64,000 nt of DNA from a virus (taxonomy: Duplodnaviria > Caudoviricetes), in IMG/VR virus record IMGVR_UViG_2894097338_000001, positions 1 through 64,000 of that record; one strand, written 5' to 3'. Below, one piece after another: positions 56,753 to 64,000 of this stretch. Made by a program: the position numbers and the translations under genes. Below the pieces are notes generated by a model. That model worked only from the letters and a program-made list of their open reading frames with translations, did no database searches and had not been told where the DNA came from. Position 1 is the stretch's first letter, and the number at the start of each line of letters is the position of its first letter.

Positions 56753-57020
56753 ACCTCTTTCCTAATCTAATCCTTGTCTTATCCTGCTTAACACCCATGA
56801 TAACAGCCTGCATACCCATTAGGTATCTTCCGCCAGTGTAAAATCTCTTGTAATATGGCTCCCAAAACTCTTTTTCAATCTGATTTCTAAGTCCTGGACA
56901 GTCACAGTGATACTTTGTACTGGTAAAAGTTGTATCTAACATAAGAACTTCTTGCCTAAAATCATTTGCTGGTAGCTTTTCATTAATGAGAATCTTAACT
57001 AGAAATCTAGTTCTTTTCAT
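56712..57020 (-). CDS. Hypothetical protein
   Basis: GAGG RBS before MKRTRF. Confidence 0.5.
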   Translation of the reverse strand: MKRTRFLVKILINEKLPANDFRQEVLMLDTTFTSTKYHCDCPGLRNQIEKEFWEPYYKRFYTGGRYLMGMQAVIMGVKQDKTRIRLGKRYGNGGFQSTDEGV

Positions 57021-57672
57021 ATTGTTTAACCTCTTTAGTAAATCTATATGCGATTTCACTATAGTCGGACTCAGACAATCTTGGATCTGCAGGAGTATCA
57101 AACCATTCACTTAAAGCTTTCAATCCAGCTCTTCCACATTTAAGGTGATTTGATCGAATCGATTTTAGCTTTTCAACTTCCTTGCAGATTAACTCCTCTT
57201 TTAACTCATCAATAGAGACTTCTTCAATTAAATCATTAATTTGTTCTTTTTCAGTTTTGTCTACGACACTCAATTCTAGGGTGCGATCATCCTCTTGTAA
57301 GTCTTCCTCTTTAACAAATACGCCATTAACCACTTTGCCTTTACGTTTTGCAATGACATTGTATGCAGCATTTAAGCAATCTAATGCATCCATTCCACTT
57401 TGTTGAGCAAGGATGATCAATGTAACGATTGAGTCACCAATCCCATCCATCAACTCTTCTTGGTCTCCTCGCGCTAATGCTGCGGCAACCTCACCAACTT
57501 CTTCAACAACTTTTAACATTTGCTTTGATGGATCATTCCTGTCGATGCCGCGGACTTTAGCCCATTCTTCAACCCTACCAAACAAGTCATTTTCTCGTGT
57601 ATTAATTTCTGTCCCATTCATTAATAAGCCTTCGTTACTTGTTTTTACATACCCTGTTGTAATTTCGATCAT
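57007..57672 (-). CDS. MazG-like NTP pyrophosphohydrolase with C-terminal extension
   Basis: WA..RG....P.KQ.LK..EE.GE...A..DGIGD..VTLI..AY.VI..RKG...NG.FVKE.DL. Confidence 0.88.
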   Translation of the reverse strand: MIEITTGYVKTSNEGLLMNGTEINTRENDLFGRVEEWAKVRGIDRNDPSKQMLKVVEEVGEVAAALARGDQEELMDGIGDSIVTLIILAQQSGMDALDCLNAAYNVIAKRKGKVVNGVFVKEEDLQEDDRTLELSVVDKTEKEQINDLIEEVSIDELKEELICKEVEKLKSIRSNHLKCGRAGLKALSEWFDTPADPRLSESDYSEIAYRFTKEVKQYEKN

Positions 57673-57983
57673 TTAATTATCTCTCCCTCTCCAAATTGTT
57701 TTACATAATTTTTAAACTCTTTTTTGTATTGATTAATTTGATCTGTTGTAGCTGGAATATAGTTTAGAATGCTATATTCTTCACTTATGAAACTTACACG
57801 AATAAGGCTCGATCTTCTCATAAATCTAACTTTTCTATGGTTGCTTTCAACAATTTTACCGTCTAAAACTTTAGTCTTTTGATTGACTCCGACCACTTTT
57901 CCAATGCCCAATCCAGATACATAAATATAATCATTGATTTCCAGACTCTCTTGAGTCCACGTTACCGTTGTTACTGACTTCAT
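57669..57983 (-). CDS. Hypothetical protein
   Basis: 104 aa, ATGA coupling. Confidence 0.6.
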   Translation of the reverse strand: MKSVTTVTWTQESLEINDYIYVSGLGIGKVVGVNQKTKVLDGKIVESNHRKVRFMRRSSLIRVSFISEEYSILNYIPATTDQINQYKKEFKNYVKQFGEGEIIK

Positions 57984-58411
57984 TGTTTACTCTCCTCCAT
58001 TTCTACCTTTTCAAACTTGTCAAAATCATCTTTTAAAATGTCGCGTGCTTGTTTTTCAGTCTTTTTTAGAGAGCCGTTTTTAGAACCTAGCACGTAACAA
58101 TAATTTTCATTGTCGGAGAATTTAAAACTTGTTAGATATCTTTCTTCTTCGAACCAAGCTGAATGTTCATTCTTCTTACGCCAGTAGTATTTCTTATTGT
58201 TCTCTGACTCAAACTTATATCCATTAAAAACCGCAAATGTAATATCGCTCCAATCGCGATCATTTTGAGCTATTGGCATACCAAACTTACCGCTTATTTT
58301 TGACAGTTCGGCTAGTTTAGAGATATAGTTGTACTTTTTTAACTTAAGCATTAATTCATCTGGAATAGATTCATTCATCCATATTGTTTTATTCTTATCA
58401 TCAATTCTCAT
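57980..58411 (-). CDS. DUF1642-like phage protein
   Basis: A..NGY..E..KYYW pattern. Confidence 0.55.
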   Translation of the reverse strand: MRIDDKNKTIWMNESIPDELMLKLKKYNYISKLAELSKISGKFGMPIAQNDRDWSDITFAVFNGYKFESENNKKYYWRKKNEHSAWFEEERYLTSFKFSDNENYCYVLGSKNGSLKKTEKQARDILKDDFDKFEKVEMEESKQ

Positions 58412-58728
58412 CTTAGCTCCTCCAATACTGTAACCGTTGCAGAGTATTGGATTGCTCCATCATACTCGTTGATATGTCTCTCAAATGTTATATGCCCCTT
58501 ATCCAGCATTTGCTGTGATAAGTCGATTGCCATTTGAGTTTTAATTGCATTAATGTGTGTTTCGGTTAATGGATGTCTACCTACCTTATATAACCCTCTT
58601 AGTTCGAAAATATTCTTCATTGTCGGATATTTAATTGGCTCAGAAATCGGTTTTAAGGGCTCTTCTACATGGGGGGTATACCCCGTTTTCTCATTTATAT
58701 ATTTTGCAAACTTATGTCTTAATTTCAT
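58408..58728 (-). CDS. Hypothetical protein
   Basis: 106 aa, AGGAGG RBS. Confidence 0.6.
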   Translation of the reverse strand: MKLRHKFAKYINEKTGYTPHVEEPLKPISEPIKYPTMKNIFELRGLYKVGRHPLTETHINAIKTQMAIDLSQQMLDKGHITFERHINEYDGAIQYSATVTVLEELR

Positions 58729-58742
58729 TATTTAGTCTCCTC

Positions 58743-59219
58743 CTAATATCGCGGCCTAATACTGTCGCATACTGACTGAATATACTCTCTATCCTCAGAA
58801 AACAATTCTACAATTTCATCGCTCCACTTAGAAACATCAGATCCATACTCTTCCTTAAACACTGCTATGTTTTGGAAAGTAGAATACTCTTCAAATGTAT
58901 TTTCACATATTGGACACAGTATACTGTCTTCTTTTGAAAATGAGCTGCACCTTCTAGCACACAACCTTTGTTTTTCAATATCATCTAGCATCTTTAAACT
59001 GTCTTCGCAGAATGATCTGAACTCCTCTATGTCCATTCCAATTCCTCTAGATATTCTACCCTGTTTAATTGATACAACAATGCTGTTATGCAGAGAAGAT
59101 CCAGCTACGATACGACCGCCATCACTTCTCTCTATTAAAACTTCATGTTTAACATGACCATTTTTTAACACCTTTTTCATAAAAATAATCCTCCATTCGA
59201 TAAAGTGGACTAAATCCAC
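58743..59219 (-). CDS. Hypothetical protein with Cys cluster
   Basis: C...C..CPIC; true start probably MKKVLK at 59180. Confidence 0.55.
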   Translation of the reverse strand: MDLVHFIEWRIIFMKKVLKNGHVKHEVLIERSDGGRIVAGSSLHNSIVVSIKQGRISRGIGMDIEEFRSFCEDSLKMLDDIEKQRLCARRCSSFSKEDSILCPICENTFEEYSTFQNIAVFKEEYGSDVSKWSDEIVELFSEDREYIQSVCDSIRPRY

Positions 59220-59656
59220 TATTCTACTTCGTTAGCCTCCAGTTTTCTAAACATATGAAAGTCTTCAACTAAGATGTTTAATGCCTCAGACTCTGTTATG
59301 TATGCAGCATCCTTCATGTCTTCTACCGTATCCGCAAAGTAGTTTTTCTCTGATGTTTGTGGATCATCTAAAAGAAAAACTGGTTGAATACAATTCTCTA
59401 ATGATAAAGCCCAGTAATACTTATCTTCTTCTATCTCATATCCGTTTACCCAGGCGCTGACTGCAATAAGGAATCTCCGATCATCTTCTTCTTGGCTGTC
59501 ATTGCTAAACAACCATCTTTGAACTGCTTTTGGCATAGGCTCATTGTCATTCCATGCAAATACTAGATTAAGATCGCATCCAGCTTCTTTTGTCTCTTTG
59601 ATATAATCTGCCATAAACCTTGGTATTAAAACTTTATTTCTTTCCATATTTATCAC
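59219..59656 (-). CDS. DUF1642-family phage protein
   Basis: KV.IPRFMADYI...K..AWVNGYEIEE.KYY. Confidence 0.75.
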   Translation of the reverse strand: MINMERNKVLIPRFMADYIKETKEAGCDLNLVFAWNDNEPMPKAVQRWLFSNDSQEEDDRRFLIAVSAWVNGYEIEEDKYYWALSLENCIQPVFLLDDPQTSEKNYFADTVEDMKDAAYITESEALNILVEDFHMFRKLEANEVE

Positions 59657-59666
59657 TCAACCTCTT

Positions 59667-59876
59667 CTAAACCTGTTTAGTTTTTAATTTATCGCCACAC
59701 ATTGGACAATACTTAATTGTTCCGCTGCAGCTAAATGAGCTATCTACTGAGTATGCATCGTAGCTAATCTTTAGTCTGTTCATACGAACGAATACTTTAA
59801 GTCTTGACGAAAAATATTCTCCGTCTTCAAACTCAACCACTTCAATCGCCTCTTCATTTTCACAGAATCCACACAT
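59667..59876 (-). CDS. Small zinc-ribbon phage protein
   Basis: MCGFC...IKYCPMCG.KL. Confidence 0.75.
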   Translation of the reverse strand: MCGFCENEEAIEVVEFEDGEYFSSRLKVFVRMNRLKISYDAYSVDSSFSCSGTIKYCPMCGDKLKTKQV

Positions 59877-59935
59877 AGACTTGCCCTCCTTCTGTCATTG
59901 ATGCCTCTTTATAAAAGACGCATTTTATTAACCGA

Positions 59936-60151
59936 TTATTTAAACTTTTTGTAACTTCGTTTTAAATCTTTTTTACGCACAATCTGCTCTATACCATCGG
60001 AATTACGAAATACCCTACCTCCAGTTTTTTGATAAATCTCACCAGTCCACATTACTACATCCCCAGTTTCAAATAAGTGAAAGCAAAATGGCTCTCCTTC
60101 TACAATCTCATATCTTCTATCCATATATTTCTTCTTTTGACGTTTATTCAT
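59936..60151 (-). CDS. Small basic phage protein
   Basis: MNKRQKKK start common in Firmicutes phages. Confidence 0.6.
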   Translation of the reverse strand: MNKRQKKKYMDRRYEIVEGEPFCFHLFETGDVVMWTGEIYQKTGGRVFRNSDGIEQIVRKKDLKRSYKKFK

Positions 60152-60443
60152 TTTTTTCACCATCATCTTTCTCTGGCACATTGTATCTTTTCGCCTCACC
60201 AGTGTGCAGGTCTATATACCCAATTTCTAGATAGGTAGAATCATTGCCTCTCAAACAATAGCGTGCAGTTTTTTCTAAGATGCCACTTTCTGATGGCGAT
60301 GTTTCTATAATAGACTCAATCCCACTGACGCATTCAGTGTCAAATAAGAGCCATAATTTAAGATGTGTATCTTCTACTGGAGCTGTTATGCAAGTGATAT
60401 CAGATATTTTAATATTTCTTGTTTTGTCTGCACTGCTAAGCAT
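60144..60443 (-). CDS. Hypothetical protein
   Basis: 99 aa coupled ORF. Confidence 0.5.
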   Translation of the reverse strand: MLSSADKTRNIKISDITCITAPVEDTHLKLWLLFDTECVSGIESIIETSPSESGILEKTARYCLRGNDSTYLEIGYIDLHTGEAKRYNVPEKDDGEKNE

Positions 60444-60456
60444 TTCATACCTCTTT

Positions 60457-60777
60457 CTACTGCTTCTTATAAGCAGCCTTTAATTTACTTCCTCTTGTAA
60501 ACATAATTTGTGTATACATGACAACCATTGGTTTCTTGTATTTCATTCTTATAGCCATGCCAACTGAAATCCAGTCACTTCCTGTATATTTCATTAACTT
60601 CCTCTTGGCAGCCAATCTGATGTAGTAATAATATATCTGTAGTGGGATTGCTATAATCCATAAGATAGACCAGACTAAAGTGTCGATTACAAGTCCCTGC
60701 TCGTAGATCGCATAGCCACAAATTCCAACGAATATTGTAATAGCAATGAATACATATAAAGCTGCGTATGTTAACAT
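60457..60777 (-). CDS. Membrane protein
   Basis: Two TM segments, GGAGG RBS. Confidence 0.6.
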   Translation of the reverse strand: MLTYAALYVFIAITIFVGICGYAIYEQGLVIDTLVWSILWIIAIPLQIYYYYIRLAAKRKLMKYTGSDWISVGMAIRMKYKKPMVVMYTQIMFTRGSKLKAAYKKQ

Positions 60778-61322
60778 GATTCCTCCAGTGAAGCCTCTAA
60801 TTCTAGAAGCTCTTCTTCTTTTTTATTTTTATATTTGTTTTTGGTTCGTTTATGGAAATAGGCTTCCTGTTCCTCAGTAGCAACTTTGAATGCTCCTTGA
60901 CCAGTGGTTAGAGACATATCATCTAATCTAAATGAGTAAGTTCTTCCATTGCCTTTTCTCTTCCAGTTTACATATTCAAGAGTTATGCCAAATTGTCCTA
61001 CATCTATAACCATTGCTAGCCATGATTCATCCCTTCCAAAGAAGTCGTTCTTCATAAACCAGATTGACCCAACTTCAATGTGCTCTCCCCATTTGTTCAT
61101 TCCATATGGTAAAACCTTCCAGCTATCGTTAAATTCTTCGTATGTTATATCAGATGTTTTAACTCTAGTTCCATCTTTACACCTAAGATTGACTCTGACC
61201 TCCTTGTGAGATCCGTTATCTCCTTTTGATGAAGTAACCATCGTTCCAGTTTCGCCTGTCTTCACATTTAAGGCTTCTCTACTTCTATACATTGATACAT
61301 ATTTTACAGCCATTAATTTCAC
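60771..61322 (-). CDS. Hypothetical protein
   Basis: 183 aa, AAGGA RBS. Confidence 0.6.
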   Translation of the reverse strand: MKLMAVKYVSMYRSREALNVKTGETGTMVTSSKGDNGSHKEVRVNLRCKDGTRVKTSDITYEEFNDSWKVLPYGMNKWGEHIEVGSIWFMKNDFFGRDESWLAMVIDVGQFGITLEYVNWKRKGNGRTYSFRLDDMSLTTGQGAFKVATEEQEAYFHKRTKNKYKNKKEEELLELEASLEESC

Positions 61323-61345
61323 TTCCTTTAAATCGATTCTAAGAT

Positions 61346-62008
61346 CTATTTGTGAATGATTACCCCTTTAGGTTTTGAACTTGCACCAGAATCTCCCTCT
61401 GACGACTTGCTATTTTTTACGAATTTACTTCTCAGCCATTTCCAAAAAGTATCGGTTTCTTTTAAGCGATTGTTTTCTTTTTCTAACTTTTCTAACTTAC
61501 TTTTTAATTCTGCAATATCCTTGTTCTTATATCGAACACTTGTGTCAAGACTTTTGTTCTCTCTAATAAACGATTGTCGTTGAAGTTTAAGGTGAGTAAC
61601 TGTATTTTTAAGTTCACCATTTTTAACAACCAGTAAACTATTAGCTTTATGAGCATTTAATAAGCTGGACTGAGTTACACCCAGGAACTCGATTGATCCA
61701 AGCTCGCTATTCACTGTAAAACCAGCAACTGGAACATCTAATACCTGTGCTAACAGTAATTCAATATTATCTACATAAACTTCTGTTTCTAATCTTGATT
61801 TAGAACTGCCTTTTAATGATCCCTTTTTAACATCGTTATATGTAACGACTTCAATATTTAACCCCATCATTTCAGCCTGTTCATAGATAAACTTTTGCTG
61901 TTGATGATCTGATACTAATATTGGCACGCCTCTTAAGGCTGCCTCTTTAATTACTCTTGTTGTCTTTCCTTCTGCTCTGCCACTTGTAAAAATTTTTAAC
62001 ATTCCCAT
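61346..62008 (-). CDS. P-loop-like domain plus coiled coil
   Basis: GRAEGKTT, VYVD, C-terminal heptads. Confidence 0.6.
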   Translation of the reverse strand: MGMLKIFTSGRAEGKTTRVIKEAALRGVPILVSDHQQQKFIYEQAEMMGLNIEVVTYNDVKKGSLKGSSKSRLETEVYVDNIELLLAQVLDVPVAGFTVNSELGSIEFLGVTQSSLLNAHKANSLLVVKNGELKNTVTHLKLQRQSFIRENKSLDTSVRYKNKDIAELKSKLEKLEKENNRLKETDTFWKWLRSKFVKNSKSSEGDSGASSKPKGVIIHK

Positions 62009-62028
62009 TCCTCCTAAGTTGTAAAAAA

Positions 62029-62355
62029 TTATGCTACATTAGAAAATGCTGTCATGCCATCGTCCGTTAATACGTACCACGCTACTTTTCTTCCAGTCGA
62101 ATTGTCTTTAACTTTGCCGCTAACTGCCACAAGTCCCGCTTTAACCAATTCATTCAAACGTGGATGAACTTGATTTCTCTCTGGTGTAGCGACCTTTCCT
62201 TCAAAATGTAGGTGAGCTGCTAATTGTTTAGCAGTTACACCATTTTGAAATTCGGTTTGCATTGTTTGAATAACTAACTTTTGACGTGTTTGAATCGCTC
62301 CAGTTTTCTCCATTAAAAACGAATTATTTCTAGTTGCAATCGTTGTTGAACTCAT
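62029..62355 (-). CDS. Winged-helix DNA-binding protein
   Basis: TAKQLA..RNQVHPRLNELVK.G.V...TGRKV..Y. Confidence 0.75.
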   Translation of the reverse strand: MSSTTIATRNNSFLMEKTGAIQTRQKLVIQTMQTEFQNGVTAKQLAAHLHFEGKVATPERNQVHPRLNELVKAGLVAVSGKVKDNSTGRKVAWYVLTDDGMTAFSNVA

Positions 62356-62368
62356 TTCTCTTTTCCTC

Positions 62369-62713
62369 CTATTTAACCTGTTCCAAGTGAATTGATTCTA
62401 ATGCACCAGTCTCATCATTAACCTCAAAGCTTGTCGCACCATAAATCTCATCGTTATAGTCCATATCAAGTTCGATTAATAAGACTGTAGGATTCTCCTT
62501 GTCTAATGCAGCTGCTACAATTCTGTTATCCGTCTCAAGTAATTGTCTACCAACCTTTTGAACCTCGTGATAGTATTTTAGAACCTTTTCTGGAATTTCC
62601 TCTCCAACCTCTTTGTAGCTGGTGAACTTTTCGTCCAGTAAGGCGACTGTTTCATGTAAAACCTCGTCGTTTAAAATTTTTGATTGTAAAACCTTTTTGA
62701 TCTCTGTATTCAT
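62369..62713 (-). CDS. Hypothetical protein
   Basis: 114 aa behind promoter at 62721-62751. Confidence 0.6.
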   Translation of the reverse strand: MNTEIKKVLQSKILNDEVLHETVALLDEKFTSYKEVGEEIPEKVLKYYHEVQKVGRQLLETDNRIVAAALDKENPTVLLIELDMDYNDEIYGATSFEVNDETGALESIHLEQVK

Positions 62714-62757
62714 AATATACTCTCCTTTATATAAGTTGTCAATACTTATGGTTAATT

Positions 62758-63957
62758 TTATTTATCTTTCTTTTTTGCATCGAATAATTTGTTCTTACGA
62801 ATAGATTTAAGTCGTTTAACCCAGTATTCCTTTTTGGTTTCTGATTTAACCCATTTAGATCCAACTAGCTCATTCTTAGGCTTGTTTTCTCCTTCTACAA
62901 TTTCAATTAAATCTCCTGGTTCAAAAGGAACATTATTGTAAAGCTTCGATCCGACCTTGATTTCAACCATTTTGCCATGTTTGATATTAAATACTCTGGC
63001 GGTTGTTCTCGTTTTTCTGACAATTATATCAGTAACAAAAGCATATTTTCCAGGAATGTGTTCGAATGATGTTGTAACTCGACCAGTGTAGAATAGTTCG
63101 TTCTCAAGTGTTTCTACGGCCTTATAGTCATCAATCTTTTTACTATTGAAAGCATCTAATATCATATTAAAGTTCTTGAATTTACCTGCATACGTTTTGT
63201 TTTTTGGTTTATATTTATTATTAAATAATTCATATGCAGTCATTAATTGTTTAGGATTTCCAAATTCTGAAAAGTAGTTTAATTTAATTAATGGCTCCAT
63301 ATTTCTCTTATCTAAAGATGGAAGTGGAGTACCAATGACTTCATACTTATCTGGATTGGCTTTAATATCCTTGTCTAGTGCCTTAACTTCCTCTTCTGTA
63401 TACGTTGTGTAAATTTCGTACAAACCTTTAACTTTACCATCAATTACTAAGCTTGTACCATCTTTGATACGAAGCATGAACTCAATCCAGTTTTTAAATT
63501 CTTCATCTTTTAATGAATATAAATCGTCTCCAGATCTCATATTACAGTTCTTAATAGGTGAGGTTCCTTGATAGATTGTTTTTGTTTCAGTATCCATGAA
63601 GTATTCACCTTTTGAATATCTGAATTTTGGTTTTTCTAGTTTAATATTTTTAGATTCAGCATATTCTAAAAGTTTAACCGTTTTCTCCTGATCTCCGCCC
63701 CATACAATTAAACCTGCAGTACAAAATTCAACTGGATAGTAGTATCGTAACCATGTACAGATATATCCAATATAGCTATATGCGGAGGCGTGATTAATGG
63801 AGAAGCCATAGTTTACTGAGTCTAGGAATACTTGTACAAAGCTGTCTGCAACTTCTGTAGCATGTTCTTCCGTATCTCCGTATTTTTCTACCATCGTTCT
63901 AATGAATGACGGTTTGATTTTAGGAACTTCTTCATCCATTATTTTATGATCCTTTTT
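62758..63957 (-). CDS. dnaE: DNA polymerase III alpha (DnaE), 3' exon
   Basis: YGFSINHASAYS...WLRYYYPVEF motif; frame opens at KKDHKIM after an upstream in-frame TAA. Confidence 0.88.
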   Translation of the reverse strand, partial: KKDHKIMDEEVPKIKPSFIRTMVEKYGDTEEHATEVADSFVQVFLDSVNYGFSINHASAYSYIGYICTWLRYYYPVEFCTAGLIVWGGDQEKTVKLLEYAESKNIKLEKPKFRYSKGEYFMDTETKTIYQGTSPIKNCNMRSGDDLYSLKDEEFKNWIEFMLRIKDGTSLVIDGKVKGLYEIYTTYTEEEVKALDKDIKANPDKYEVIGTPLPSLDKRNMEPLIKLNYFSEFGNPKQLMTAYELFNNKYKPKNKTYAGKFKNFNMILDAFNSKKIDDYKAVETLENELFYTGRVTTSFEHIPGKYAFVTDIIVRKTRTTARVFNIKHGKMVEIKVGSKLYNNVPFEPGDLIEIVEGENKPKNELVGSKWVKSETKKEYWVKRLKSIRKNKLFDAKKKDK

Positions 63958-64000
63958 CGATTGTTGTTAACCTGTAGCTTTTTATCTACAGCTCTGGAGG
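63958..64000 (-). ncRNA. 3' end of probable group I intron in dnaE (partial)
   Basis: CTGTAG-N8-CTACAG hairpin then ..AACAATCG ending in G immediately before AAAAAG (KK). Confidence 0.65.

Larger units (their letters stand above)
46372..59928. repeat. Intergenic palindrome ATAAAA-N6-TTTTAT (three copies)
   Basis: 46372-46389, 54732-54749, 59911-59928. Confidence 0.65.
160..62751. repeat. Dispersed 17-bp element CCATAAGTATT(G/T)ACA(A/T)C
   Basis: + copies at 160, 15817, 30806, 35861, 42671; - copies at 44682, 46601, 50674, 53729, 54712, 56404, 62735; degenerate at 15910 and 62018. Confidence 0.9.

Noticed and set aside
160-62751. 17-bp repeats as a CRISPR array
   Set aside because: Dispersed over kilobases, no regular spacers, no cas genes
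1453-62804. Many short antisense or overlapping ORFs in the track (e.g. 15239-15835, 24194-24826, 22130-22561)
   Set aside because: They shadow well-supported genes on the other strand and lack RBS or motifs

Overview
The whole window reads as part of a large SPbeta-like temperate siphophage (or phage-plasmid) of a low-GC Firmicute; the WxL and Fic cargo suggests an Enterococcaceae/Carnobacteriaceae-type host (inference). The + strand from 1 to 36.2 kb holds the late genes: capsid end, head-tail joining, an FN3-containing tail tube, a tail-fibre module, a tyrosine recombinase, a 2761-aa tape measure, baseplate/fibre genes, two holins and an amidase endolysin. The - strand from 42.7 to 64 kb holds early/DNA-metabolism genes: NrdH, DHH phosphoesterase, a frameshifted deoxynucleoside kinase, RusA, intein-containing RecD2, ATP-dependent ligase, macrodomain, a MazF-like pair, MazG, and the 3' part of dnaE. 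Where the two arms converge there is a LexA-box promoter, a near-consensus dif/XerCD site and AT-rich cargo (Fic, a WxL surface cluster, a membrane protein). Most notable: (1) an IS110 whose non-coding end carries an anti-Shine-Dalgarno segment matching its own insertion flank; (2) a baseplate hub fused to a flagellinolysin-like metallopeptidase; (3) a 17-bp element repeated at least 12 times at promoters and gene junctions; (4) the dif-like site where SPbeta has attP; (5) a probable group I intron 3' end in dnaE and a class 3 intein in RecD2. Family assignments come from motif recognition only; no searches were run.
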